A DNA stretch of 64,000 bases from Thermoanaerobaculia bacterium (GTDB taxonomy: Bacteria > Acidobacteriota > Thermoanaerobaculia > UBA5066 > Gp7-AA6): positions 7,899 through 71,898 of the forward strand of contig JBBRFL010000008.1 in assembly GCA_038224325.1 (NCBI GenBank), in the 5' to 3' direction. Under the pieces are notes generated by a model that was not told the DNA's origin, made no database searches, and saw only the letters and a list, made by a program, of their open reading frames with translations. Position 1 is the stretch's first letter, and each line of letters begins with the position of its first letter. Below, in pieces: positions 22,414 through 32,002 of the stretch. The position numbers and the translations under genes were made by a program.

Positions 22414-22880
22414 CCGAGCCCGGCCGCGCGCCCAAGCCTCCGCTGCGCGGTCTCACGATCGAGATCCCCGTGCGGTTCGCGGAATGCGACCCCTATGGCG
22501 TGGTCTGGCACGGCCACTACGTCCTCTACGTCGAGCACGCGCGGGAGGCGCTGACCGGACGCTTCGGCTTCAGCGCCGCCCGGGCGCTCGAGATGGGCTA
22601 TCGCGTTCCCGTGACCCGCCTGCAGCTGGCCTACCGCGCGCCCGCTCGCCCGGATCAGATCCTCCGGGTCACCGCGCGCCTGCGCCCGCCCGCGGTCGCC
22701 CGTCTCGTCATGGACTACGAGATCCGCTCCGAGACCGGGGAGCTCCTCGTATCGGCCGAGACGGAACAGGTCGTAGTCAACGCGGAGGGGGAGTTGCTGC
22801 TCACGCTGCCGGCGGGGCTCCGCTCGCTCTGCTCGTCCATCCTCGAGTTCCAGGACTCGGCGACGGCCGACCCGCCGTGA
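22410..22880 (+). CDS. 4HBT/YbgC-type hotdog-fold acyl thioesterase
   Basis: The GTG overlaps the preceding stop (GTGA). The sequence VRFAECDPYGVVWHGHYVLYVEHAREAL is typical of the 4HBT family and includes the N-terminal Asp. Confidence 0.75.
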   Translation: MTEPGRAPKPPLRGLTIEIPVRFAECDPYGVVWHGHYVLYVEHAREALTGRFGFSAARALEMGYRVPVTRLQLAYRAPARPDQILRVTARLRPPAVARLVMDYEIRSETGELLVSAETEQVVVNAEGELLLTLPAGLRSLCSSILEFQDSATADPP

Positions 22881-23425
22881 AGGAGGCTCGACCGGAGCGA
22901 TCTGGCAACCGGCGATCGGCGTTCTTCGTGGCCCGATTTCTCGCGCTGCTGGTCGTCCTCTATTTCGTGGTCGCATCCCACCCCGTGAACGACCGGGTCG
23001 TCGTCCCCTTCACCGCCGCGGTCGCGCGCGTCTCCGCGGCGGTCCTCAACGGGTTGGGAGAGCGGGTGACGGTCGCGGGGACGTCGATCCGCTCCCCCCG
23101 CTTCGCCGTCGAGATCGAAAACGGCTGCAACGGGATCGAGACCGCGCTCCTCTTCGGGTCGGCGGTCCTCGCCTTTCCGGCGCCCTGGAGGCGCCGGCTG
23201 CTCGGGCTCCTCCTCGGGTTCGCGGCGATCCAGATCATCAACCTCGTCCGGGTCGTCACGCTCTTCTGGGTCGGCGCGCACAGGCCGGCGCTCTTCAACG
23301 CGTCGCACACCGTCGTGTGGCAGTCGATCGTCGTGCTGTGCGGCGTGCTCCTGTTCCTGCTCTGGGCCGCCCGCGAGGGCCGCGCGGGCGGTGGGGCCGC
23401 GGATGGCGCGCCGGACCCGCGCTGA
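22877..23425 (+). CDS. xrtH: Small exosortase-family protein, most consistent with exosortase H (IPTL-CTERM-specific)
   Basis: The GTG at 22877 overlaps the thioesterase stop. The protein is 183 aa and polytopic. It carries the exosortase signature residues: Cys in FAVEIENGCNGIETALLF, Arg in IINLVRVVTLFW and His in NASHTVVWQS. A protein with an IPTL-type C-terminus is present at 1..1926. The subclass call is from memory of the family definition, not from a search. Confidence 0.6.
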   Translation: MKEARPERSGNRRSAFFVARFLALLVVLYFVVASHPVNDRVVVPFTAAVARVSAAVLNGLGERVTVAGTSIRSPRFAVEIENGCNGIETALLFGSAVLAFPAPWRRRLLGLLLGFAAIQIINLVRVVTLFWVGAHRPALFNASHTVVWQSIVVLCGVLLFLLWAAREGRAGGGAADGAPDPR

Positions 23426-24017
23426 GCGGCCCGCGGCGCCGGCCATCCGGCTCGACGCCGGCGCCGCCCTGCGCGCGGCGATCGGGTTCGGAGCCGCGCT
23501 CCTGGTCTGGTTCGCCTTTTCGGCGCCCTACGAGACCACTCTGGCGGCGGCCGCGCAGGCGGTGATCCGGCTCGGCGAGCGCCCGTCCGTGACGGCGCTG
23601 GCGTCCTCGGGGGGAGAGATTCGCGTCGATCGCGCGGACTTTCCGCCTTCCTCGCCGCGCCCGGGCCTCCCCGCCGCCGACACCCACTTCAACTTCGTCC
23701 TGCTGTCGGCGCTCTTCGCCCTCGCGCCGCATCCCCTGCGGGCGCGCCCCTTCGGGCGCTTCTGGATCGCCGCCTGCCTCCTGTGGGCGATCCACGTCGC
23801 GGCGATGGTGTTCGAGGTGGAGGCGCTGTACGCGACGCGGCTGGGTTCCTGGAGCGAGGCGCACTACGGCCCGGTCGCGCGCAACCTCTGGGCGGCCGGG
23901 TTTCACTTCTACCAGATCGCCGGGCGCTTCGCGGCGCCCTTCGCGTTGTGGTGGATGCTCGGAAGGCCGGAAGAGGAGGCCGTCGCTCCGCGGAGGCGAA
24001 AGGGCGAGAGAGCCTAG
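23391..24017 (+). CDS. Hydrophobic membrane protein downstream of the exosortase (candidate exosortase-associated partner)
   Basis: It overlaps the xrtH 3-prime end by 35 nt. About four hydrophobic segments are visible (AAIGFGAALLVWFAF, FNFVLLSALFALAP, FWIAACLLWAIHVAAMVF, FHFYQIAGRFAAPFALWWML). Confidence 0.6.
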   Translation: MGPRMARRTRAERPAAPAIRLDAGAALRAAIGFGAALLVWFAFSAPYETTLAAAAQAVIRLGERPSVTALASSGGEIRVDRADFPPSSPRPGLPAADTHFNFVLLSALFALAPHPLRARPFGRFWIAACLLWAIHVAAMVFEVEALYATRLGSWSEAHYGPVARNLWAAGFHFYQIAGRFAAPFALWWMLGRPEEEAVAPRRRKGERA

Positions 24018-25114
24018 CCCCGCCGGCCCCGCTCCCGCCGGAGATATCGGTAGTCCGGGATCGCGAACTCCTTGAGCTTGGCGATGAGCGAGCCCCGGGA
24101 GATGTTGAGGATCTGCGCGGCGCGGCTCTGATTCCCCTCGACCCGCCGCATCGCCCGGTCGATCACCTCGCGCTCCACCGTTTCCACGATCTTCTTGAGA
24201 TCGTCGGTCTGGCGCAGGACGTTCTCGGCGGGAGTGGACTCCGGGGCGGCCGCCGCCGGGGCGAGGGAGAGCTCCATCGTCTGTCGAACGCCCGGCTGCA
24301 CCGAGGAGAGGTCCGACACGGACAGTCCCGCGAACGCGACGCCCGCCACCTGGACGAGCTCCTCCAGAAAGAGGACCGCCCGGGCCGCCAGGCGCGGGCT
24401 CTCGCGCACGAGGATCGCGGCGCAGCCCGAATCGCACGACGGTTCGACGATCAGGGTCAGCATGCCGGTCACGGTCTCGGCGCGGGCGAGGCGTTCTCCG
24501 GAGCGCACCTCCTGGACCATGCGGGGCGGCAGCATCGGGTTCTCGCGGAAGGTCGAGGCGAGCGGGCGGAAACCGGCGAGCGCGGAAAACTCGCCGATCG
24601 CCCATTCCGAGGGCGGCAGCTCGCGATCGAGGAAGTCCGTCAGCTCCGTGGCGAGATCCTCGGCGGAACGGGCGCCGCGACAGAGGCGGTACGAGGCCAC
24701 CCTCAGGCCGCGATACTCGACCTCGGTGACGGGAAGGGCGGGGGCCGCGGAAACCGCCGCCGGCGGCGGCGTCGGGGTGTCTCCCCCGGGGAACTCGCCG
24801 ACGGGAGTCGGGCGCATCGCGGGCGCGGTTTCGACCACGATGATCGTGGCCTCGCCGATCGTGATCCGGTCCCCGGGCGCGATCGCTCCTCCGAAAAACT
24901 CCCGCCCGTTGACCTGCACCGTCTCGATGCCCTTGAAGAGATCCAGGTGATACCCGCCGTCGCGCTCGAACAGCCGCAGATGGCGACCGTACACGCCCCG
25001 GGCGCGAACGACGACCTCATTGCCCGACGAGGCGCCGACCGTCGCGCTCGGACCCGCCAGGCGATGAATTTCTGCACTCGTGCCCGGCCGCCGACGAACT
25101 TCCAGAGTGAGCAT
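24014..25114 (-). CDS. FHA-domain transcriptional regulator with a C-terminal Fis-type HTH and no AAA+ module
   Basis: The N-terminal FHA region reads VGASSGNEVVVRARGVYGRHLRLFERDGGYHLDL...TVQVNGREF. The C-terminus is NQSRAAQILNISRGSLIAKLKEF. The central region could be GAF-like but is unverified. Confidence 0.7.
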   Translation of the reverse strand: MLTLEVRRRPGTSAEIHRLAGPSATVGASSGNEVVVRARGVYGRHLRLFERDGGYHLDLFKGIETVQVNGREFFGGAIAPGDRITIGEATIIVVETAPAMRPTPVGEFPGGDTPTPPPAAVSAAPALPVTEVEYRGLRVASYRLCRGARSAEDLATELTDFLDRELPPSEWAIGEFSALAGFRPLASTFRENPMLPPRMVQEVRSGERLARAETVTGMLTLIVEPSCDSGCAAILVRESPRLAARAVLFLEELVQVAGVAFAGLSVSDLSSVQPGVRQTMELSLAPAAAAPESTPAENVLRQTDDLKKIVETVEREVIDRAMRRVEGNQSRAAQILNISRGSLIAKLKEFAIPDYRYLRRERGRRG

Positions 25115-25246
25115 TGGTTGGATCCCCCGTAATCATCTCAACCCTACACACTTTCTGCGGCGCCGCGCAACACCTGTGCGGACATAAGCGAAAGTTTCTC
25201 GAAACTTCGGGTCAGCCCCTGTCCGGAACCCGGCACAGCCGGCGGA

Positions 25247-26917
25247 TCAGAAGAGGCCCGAAACGCGGCCGTCCGCTCCCACGTCGATCGTTTCGGCGGC
25301 CGGATGAGACGGCAGGCCCGGCATCGTCATGATATCCCCGCAAATGGCCACGACGAATCCCGCGCCCGCGAAGAGCCGCGTCTTGTCCACGTGGAGCGTG
25401 AAGCCCGACGGCCGCCCGCCCTTCTTCGGATCGTCCGAAAAGGAGTACGGGGTCTTGGCGATGTTGATCGGAAGGTTCGCGAAGCCCTGCCGCTCGTAAC
25501 GCGCCAGCCGTTGCTCCGCTTCGCGCGAGAACGACACGCCGCCCGCGCCGTAGAGGCGGCGGGCGACGATCTCGATCTTCTCCGCCAGGGGCCGGTCCCA
25601 CGGATAGAGGGGACGGTAGCGCGCCGTGCCCTGGGCAACCTCGCGGAGCACCGCCCGGGCCAGATCCTCTCCGCCGGCCCCCCCGCGCGTGAAGACCTCG
25701 GAGACGGCGGCCTGGACGTCGAGCTCGGCGCAGCGCTTCTCGAGAAATGCGATCTCCGCGGCCGAATCGGTCGGGAAACGGTTGATCGCCACGACGGCGG
25801 GCAGGCCGAAGATCCGCACGTTGTCCAGGTGCCGTTCGAGGTTCAGGACTCCCCGCGAGAGCGCCGCCAGGTCCTCCTGCCCGAGGGAGTCCTTGGGCGC
25901 CCCGCCGTGCATCTTGAGCGCCCGCACCGTCGCCACGAGAACGACCACCGACGGCCACATGTCCCCGTACGCGCACTTGATGTCGAGGAACTTCTCGCCG
26001 CCGAGGTCGAAGCCGAAGCCCGCCTCGGTGACGGCGATGTCTCCGTACCGCATCGCGATCCGGGTCGCGAGGATCGAGTTGCAGCCGTGCGCGATGTTCG
26101 CGAAGGGCCCGCCGTGGATGAGCGCGGGGGTGCCCTCCAGGGTCTGCACCAGGTTGGGATGGATGGCGTCCTTCAGCAGGGCCGCCATCGCGCCGTGCGC
26201 CTTCAGGTCGCGGGCGCGGATGGGCTCCGCGTCCCGCCGGTAACCCGCGATGATCGCCCCGCATCGTTCCTTCAGATCCGACAGATCGCGCGCGAGGCAG
26301 AGGATCGCCATTACCTCGGAGGCCACGGTTATGTCGAACCCCGTCTCGCGGGGAACTCCGTTGACCTTGCCGCCGAGGCCGACGACGATGTCGCGCAGCG
26401 CGCGGTCGTTCATGTCGAGCACCCGGCGAAACGGGATGTCGCGGGGATCGATGCCGAGCGAGTTGCCGTGGTGGAGGTGGTTGTCGAGCATCGCCGCGAG
26501 CAGGTTGTGCGCGGCGGTGATCGCCGGAAAATCGCCCGTGAAGTGGAGGTTGATGTCCTCCATCGGCACGACCTGCGAGTAGCCTCCGCCGGCGGCCCCG
26601 CCCTTCACGCCGAAACAGGGACCCAGAGAGGGCTCGCGCAGGGCGATGATCGCGCGTTTTCCCAGCCGGCAGAGCGCCTGCCCCAGTCCGACCGTCGTCG
26701 TCGACTTGCCCTCTCCCGCCGGCGTCGGCGTGATGGCCGAGACCAGCACGAGGGGCGCCTCGGGACGGCCGTCCCTTCGCGCGATGGCCGAGAGGGCCAC
26801 CTTCGCCTTGTCGCGACCGTAGGGGATGAAATCGGCGGCATCGATTCCCGCCTCCTGCGCGACTTCCTCGATCGGCCGGAGCTTCGCTTCCTGCGCGATC
26901 TCGATGTCGGATTTCAT
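25247..26917 (-). CDS. fhs: Formate-tetrahydrofolate ligase
   Basis: Start chosen at MKSDIEIAQEAKLRPI. The P-loop PTPAGEGKSTTTVGL is present and similarity is family-wide. Confidence 0.95.
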   Translation of the reverse strand: MKSDIEIAQEAKLRPIEEVAQEAGIDAADFIPYGRDKAKVALSAIARRDGRPEAPLVLVSAITPTPAGEGKSTTTVGLGQALCRLGKRAIIALREPSLGPCFGVKGGAAGGGYSQVVPMEDINLHFTGDFPAITAAHNLLAAMLDNHLHHGNSLGIDPRDIPFRRVLDMNDRALRDIVVGLGGKVNGVPRETGFDITVASEVMAILCLARDLSDLKERCGAIIAGYRRDAEPIRARDLKAHGAMAALLKDAIHPNLVQTLEGTPALIHGGPFANIAHGCNSILATRIAMRYGDIAVTEAGFGFDLGGEKFLDIKCAYGDMWPSVVVLVATVRALKMHGGAPKDSLGQEDLAALSRGVLNLERHLDNVRIFGLPAVVAINRFPTDSAAEIAFLEKRCAELDVQAAVSEVFTRGGAGGEDLARAVLREVAQGTARYRPLYPWDRPLAEKIEIVARRLYGAGGVSFSREAEQRLARYERQGFANLPINIAKTPYSFSDDPKKGGRPSGFTLHVDKTRLFAGAGFVVAICGDIMTMPGLPSHPAAETIDVGADGRVSGLF

Positions 26918-27030
26918 CGGGCGCGATCCTAGCAGGGGGCCGACGAACCTACCTGCTATTGGGGACCGAGGAACCGCATACCCCAATAAGTTGTGGCGGG
27001 GGACGGACCCTTTTGCTACATTCTCGCCAG

Positions 27031-30000
27031 ATGCTCCGTCTCCAGCGGGTCGAGATCTCGGGCTTCAAGTCCTTCTACGAGAAGGTCGATTTGTCCTTTC
27101 CGGGGTCGGTCACCGCCGTGGTCGGGCCCAACGGCTGCGGGAAATCCAACATCAGCGACGCGGTCGCATGGGCCCTGGGCGAGCAGAGCGTGAAGGCGCT
27201 GCGCGGGGAGCGAATGGACGACGTGATCTTCAACGGCTCCGCCAAGCGCCGCCCCCTGGGCATGGCCGAAGTGGTCCTGACGCTCTCCGCCTCCAACGGC
27301 GACAGCCACCGCGGCGAGAACGGAACGCTGCGCGTGGGACGGCGTGTCTACCGGGACGGCGAGGGCGAGTACTTCCTGAACGACAAGCAGGTTCGGCTGC
27401 GGGACATCCAGGACGAGCTCCTCGGAACGGGCCTCGGCGTGAGGGCCTACTCCGTCATCGAGCAGGGCCGCATCGATCAGGTCCTCTCGACCAAGCCGCA
27501 GGATCGGCGGCGTCTGATCGAAGAGGCGGCGGGGATCACCAAGTACAAACAGAAGAAACGCCTGGCCGAGGGCAAGCTCGAGGAGACGCGGGGCAATCTC
27601 CTGCGCCTCTCCGACATCATTTCCGAGATCGAACGCAACGTGACGAGCCTGCGCCGCCAGGCCTCGCGCGCTGCGCGCTACAAGGAACAGGCCGAGCTCC
27701 TGCGGCAGCGCAAGGCCGGGCTCACGCGGTCCCGCTGGGACCTGTTGCGCGAGTCGCTCCGCGCGTCGGAGGCGCTGCGGGATGAGCGCCGCGACCAGGA
27801 GGCGCTCGCGTCGGCCGCGCTCGGACGAGCAGAATCCCGACTGACGGCGGCGCGCCTGGCTTCCTCCGAGGCTGCGGCGAGTCGCGACACCCTGCGCGAG
27901 GAGCTCGCGGCCCTGGAGTCCGCGATCGCGCGGGACGACGCGCTCCTCGAATCCAACCGGCGGGCCGCGGCGGACCTCGCCGCGCGCCGGACGGCTCTCG
28001 AGCGGGAGGGCCGGGACTTCTCCGCCGATCAGGCGCGCGCGGCGCGCGAGCTCGCCGAGCTCGAGGAGCGGCTGTCGCGCAGCGTGGCCGAGGCGCGGGC
28101 CAAGTCGCTCGCGCGGGAAGAGGCCGACCGAAGGGCGGCCGAGGCCGCGGCCCTCTGTTCGGCCCTGGAGAGGGAGCTCGACGAGACTCGCGACCGCGCG
28201 CTCGCCGCGGCCGGCGAACGTGTGGCGACCCGCAACGCGAGGCACGAGGTCGATCTGGCGGCCGAACGCGTGGCCGCGTCTCTCGCGCGCCTGGCCCAGG
28301 CCGCCGAGAAGATCGCCGCCGAGCTCGCAGAGCGGGAGGCCGACGCCTCCGAGGCGGAGACGGAGGCGGGGCGCCTTCGCGCGTCGGCGGACATGGCGGC
28401 CGGACGCGTGCGCGCGGTGGAGGCCGAGCTCGCCTCGGTCGTCCGCGATCTCTCGGAGGCCGAATCCCGGCGAGAGACGGCTCGCGCATCCGCCGGCGCG
28501 CTGGAGCATCGGCACGCCGCTCTCGTCGAGCTCCTGCGGGCTCGCGACGTGAGCGTGAGCGCGGTGCGCGACGCGATCCGGGGAGCCGGGCTCTCCGAGC
28601 GCGGCGCCCTCTCCGACCGGATCCGGCCGCGCGACGGCTGGGAAAACGCCGTGGGCCGCGCGCTCGGAACCGACGCCGACGCGCTGCTCGCCTCCGGCAA
28701 CGTTCACCACGCGGTCGACGCCCTGCGCGCGCTGGCGTCGGGGCGCATCGTCCGCGACGACTGGCGCCAGGACGTCCGCTCGCGCTCGATCGCGGGCTCG
28801 CGGGGCTGGGACGAGGTGCTCGAGGGCTACGACGGGCTATCGCCCGCGGAGCGCTCCGCGCTGCCGGCCGCGGCCTTCGTCGAAGACCTCTCCGACGCGC
28901 TCGCGCTGGCGGAGCGCCATCCCGGCGAGACCCTGGTGACGCGCCGCGGCGAGGTCGTTCGCGGGCCGGTCGTCCGCGTCGCGGGAACCTCTGCGCCGGC
29001 CGCCGGTCTCTTCGCGCTGCGCCGGGAAGAGGAAGAGCTCCGGGGAAGGCTCCACGAAGCGCGCCGGACGCTCCACGAGGCCGAGGAGGGCGTCGACGGC
29101 CTGCGCCTCGGCCGGGAGGAGCGCGAAGCCGCGCTCCCGCCGTTGCGGGAGATCGAGCGCGAGGCGCAGGGGCTCCAGCGAGCGTTTTCCGCGCGGCTGG
29201 ATGAGCGCCTGTCCGAGCGCGACCGCCTGCGGCACGAGCGCGACACGGTGGCCGAGGAGCAGCGGACGCTGGCCGAGCAGGCAACCGGGTTCCAGGCCTC
29301 GCGGCGCGGCCTCGAGGAGGAGGAACGCCGGCGAGCCGAGGAGGAGAACATCGCGCACGAGCGCGTCGGCACGCTTTCGGCGTCCCTGTCCGAGGCGCGT
29401 TCGCTCGCGATGGGGGCCGCGGAGGAGCTCGCGCACCGGCGGACCGAGGCGGAAGTCGCCGCCGAGCGGCGCCGCGCGATGGAGGCGGCGCGCGATTCGC
29501 TGCTCGAAACGCGATCGACGCTGGAGCGGCGCCTGGCCGAGGCGAGCGAGGAAGACACGCGAATTCAGGATCGGGGCGCCGAGCTCTCGCAGGAGGAGTC
29601 CGACGCGCGCGAGCGCCAGAAGCGAAACCTCGCCGCGCGGGAGGAGACGTCCGCCAGTCACGCTCTCGCGGCGGAGTCCGCGGCGCGAACCGCCGCCTCC
29701 GTCGAAACCGCCGAGGCAGAGACCCGCGCGGACCGGGCGACCCTCGACGCGGCCCGCGAGGGGCGTTTCGAGGCCGAAGTCTCCGCGACCCGGGTCGCCT
29801 CGGATCTGGAGCACCTGGAGGCGCAGGCCCGCGAAGAGTTCGGGGTCGAACCCGCGACGCTGGAGATGCCCGCAGATACTTCCCCCGAGGGATTGGCCGC
29901 GCTCGACGTCGAGGTGGGCGATCTGATCGCCTCCCTGGAGCGTCTCGGCCCTGTGAACGTGCTCGCCTTCGAAGAGCACAAGGAGATGTCCGAGCGGCTC

Positions 30001-30537
30001 GTGTTCCTGACCGCTCAGCGGGACGACCTCCTGAAATCCATCGCCGAGCTCCAGGAGTCGATCCGCAAGATCAACGCCACATCTTCCGAGCGGTTCGCGG
30101 AGGCATTCCACGCCATCAACGAAAACTTCAAGCAGATGTTCGAGCGCCTCTTCCAGGGAGGCGCCGCGGAGATGAAACTGCTCGACGACAACGATCTCCT
30201 CGAGTCGGGCATCGAGATCGATGCGCACCCTCCCGGCAAGCGGAACCAGTCGATCCTGCTGCTGTCGGGAGGAGAGAAGGCGCTGACCGCGATCGCGCTG
30301 CTCATGGCGATCTTTCGGTACAAGCCGTCGCCCTTCTGCATCCTGGACGAGGTGGACGCGCCGCTCGACGAGGCCAACATCGACCGATTCACGAAGCTGC
30401 TCCGGGACATGACCGAAGAGACCCAGTTCATCGCGATCACGCACAACAAGCGCACGATGGAGACGGCCGACGTGATGTACGGCGTCACCATGGAAGAGCC
30501 CGGCTGCTCCAAGATCGTCTCGGTCCGGTTCGACTGA
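27031..30537 (+). CDS. smc: Chromosome segregation protein SMC
   Basis: N-terminus MLRLQRVEISGFKSF and Walker A GPNGCGKSN. There are long coiled coils, the signature LSGGEKALTAIAL and Walker B ILDEVDAPLD. Confidence 0.97.
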   Translation: MLRLQRVEISGFKSFYEKVDLSFPGSVTAVVGPNGCGKSNISDAVAWALGEQSVKALRGERMDDVIFNGSAKRRPLGMAEVVLTLSASNGDSHRGENGTLRVGRRVYRDGEGEYFLNDKQVRLRDIQDELLGTGLGVRAYSVIEQGRIDQVLSTKPQDRRRLIEEAAGITKYKQKKRLAEGKLEETRGNLLRLSDIISEIERNVTSLRRQASRAARYKEQAELLRQRKAGLTRSRWDLLRESLRASEALRDERRDQEALASAALGRAESRLTAARLASSEAAASRDTLREELAALESAIARDDALLESNRRAAADLAARRTALEREGRDFSADQARAARELAELEERLSRSVAEARAKSLAREEADRRAAEAAALCSALERELDETRDRALAAAGERVATRNARHEVDLAAERVAASLARLAQAAEKIAAELAEREADASEAETEAGRLRASADMAAGRVRAVEAELASVVRDLSEAESRRETARASAGALEHRHAALVELLRARDVSVSAVRDAIRGAGLSERGALSDRIRPRDGWENAVGRALGTDADALLASGNVHHAVDALRALASGRIVRDDWRQDVRSRSIAGSRGWDEVLEGYDGLSPAERSALPAAAFVEDLSDALALAERHPGETLVTRRGEVVRGPVVRVAGTSAPAAGLFALRREEEELRGRLHEARRTLHEAEEGVDGLRLGREEREAALPPLREIEREAQGLQRAFSARLDERLSERDRLRHERDTVAEEQRTLAEQATGFQASRRGLEEEERRRAEEENIAHERVGTLSASLSEARSLAMGAAEELAHRRTEAEVAAERRRAMEAARDSLLETRSTLERRLAEASEEDTRIQDRGAELSQEESDARERQKRNLAAREETSASHALAAESAARTAASVETAEAETRADRATLDAAREGRFEAEVSATRVASDLEHLEAQAREEFGVEPATLEMPADTSPEGLAALDVEVGDLIASLERLGPVNVLAFEEHKEMSERLVFLTAQRDDLLKSIAELQESIRKINATSSERFAEAFHAINENFKQMFERLFQGGAAEMKLLDDNDLLESGIEIDAHPPGKRNQSILLLSGGEKALTAIALLMAIFRYKPSPFCILDEVDAPLDEANIDRFTKLLRDMTEETQFIAITHNKRTMETADVMYGVTMEEPGCSKIVSVRFD

Positions 30538-30606
30538 GCGCTGCCGACGCGGGCCGCTGCGGGGTTTGACGAGCCGCCCGCCTTTCCGTAAGATCCGCGC
30601 TCCCGA

Positions 30607-30682
30607 GCCGATGTAGCTCAGTTGGTAGAGCAGCGGTTTCGTAAACCGCAGGTCACCGGTTCAAGTCCGGTCATCGGCTCCA
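30607..30682 (+). tRNA. tRNA-Thr (anticodon CGT), CCA encoded
   Basis: The cloverleaf is readable by eye. The acceptor stem is gccgatg/catcggc and the D-arm is tagctcagttggtagagc. The anticodon stem is gcggt/accgc with loop ttCGTaa. The T-arm is ggttcaagtcc and the 3-prime end is t-cca. Confidence 0.9.
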
Positions 30683-30756
30683 CACACCCCTCATTCGAAC
30701 CCATCCTTCGAACGCCCCCTGATCACCTCGGGGCGAGTACCCTGCGGGGCTAGCCC

Positions 30757-31256
30757 ATGCGCGGAACGTCACTGCGATTCGCCCTGCCCGCGGTCCTCGT
30801 TCTGTGCGACTGCCTGAGCGGATTTCGAGTCGGGCAGACGCCCGCTCAGGCGCCGCAGTTCCGACCCGAACAGTTCTTCGCGGGCGTCACACACGGTGAA
30901 GGCATCCTCGCCACGCGCGGCAGGGCCGACCGGGCGTTCCTCGTGACGGGCGCCGGCCACAGCGAGAGCGACGGCACCTCCGTGCTCGATCAGAGGTCAC
31001 CTACGCCGACGGCGCCGTGGAGCAACGCGTGAACGAGCACGACTACGTCGGCAGTCTCACGGGCGCGTCCGGCGCCGTCTCGGCCCGCGCGGAAGGCAAC
31101 CGCTTCGACGTGCGCTACACCATCCGAAAGCCCGCCGTCACGAGGGAACAGTGGATTTATCTGCAGCCCGACGGCAAAACCGGGCTCAATGGCGCGACCG
31201 TGAGAGTGCTAGGCATTCCCGTTGCGCATCGATCGGAGACGATCCGGCGGCAGTGA
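30757..31256 (+). pseudogene. DUF3833-like lipoprotein gene split by a frameshift near 30995
   Basis: ORF 30757..31032 (signal peptide, then PEQFFAGVTHGEGIL...FLVTGAGHSESDGTSVLDQR) continues in the -1 frame as VTYADGAVEQRVNEHDYVGSLTG...GNRFDVRYTI...EQWIYLQPDG (ORF ending at 31256). Together the two pieces equal one normal-length protein. Confidence 0.6.
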
Positions 31257-32002
31257 TGCCCAACGCGGCGTGCGCGGTGCCAATAGGGACCATAGGTTAG
31301 TCAGGAAAACTCCCGTAAGCCCAGCCAAGCGTCGTAGGCTTCCACTGAATCAATGGCTTAGGCGCGGGATCTTCGGCCCACCGCGCGGAATCAGCAGACG
31401 CCTGCCCGGACGCCCGGTTTTCGAGATCCAAACCCTACCGTCCACAAACCATGAGCAACGGAAGCCCGCGGCGGCCGCCGCCTCTCCCGAGCGGACGAGC
31501 GAAGTCACCCGGGTCGCCCTGTTCAGGGTCCGATCGTGACGATCGATAGGACCGAGAGTCGCGCCGATCCTGATTTGCAGTGTCTTCGTAGAAAGGGTGG
31601 GGTCGATCATCATCCGCGATCCGGCCGATCGTTTCCGATCGGTGCGTCGTCGGCATCGCGTGAGTCCGATCCCTTCCTGTACTTCTCCAAATTCTTCTGA
31701 GATCCGAACCGGAACGTCGACCGTATCTGATCAATGGGCCTTCGAAGATGTCATCGCCTCGGTCGCTCGCGGCATCGGTGTTGCATGACGTTTTTGTCTT
31801 CGGAGGGCTGAGCGCATCAGCGATCCGCCGGAGCCGACACAGGAAAGAGAGCCGAGCCAGTCTCGGGCGTAGCACAGAAAGACCCACCGGAGCGACCCCA
31901 GGCCCCGCCGACCGGTTCAATTAAGAACAGGAAGGAGACCCATCAGTTTCGGATTAGCGACTCATCGATTTCAACCGTTCTCGTCTCGCAAAAGGAGATT
32001 TC

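Noticed and set aside
24014-24017. Convergent genes whose stop codons overlap in a CTAG palindrome (24014-24017 and 49494-49497; the dinB stop at 6639-6642 is also CTAG).
   Set aside because: TAG read on both strands of CTAG is a trivial consequence of convergent genes abutting. Two or three cases are not enough to claim a signal.
31350-31920. ORFs 31350..31613(-), 31435..31920(-), 31222..31539(+) and 31597..31788(+) in the non-coding stretch.
   Set aside because: They have no start context, no family resemblance and Arg/Ser-rich or low-complexity translations. Composition does not show the strong third-position GC bias of real genes in this window.
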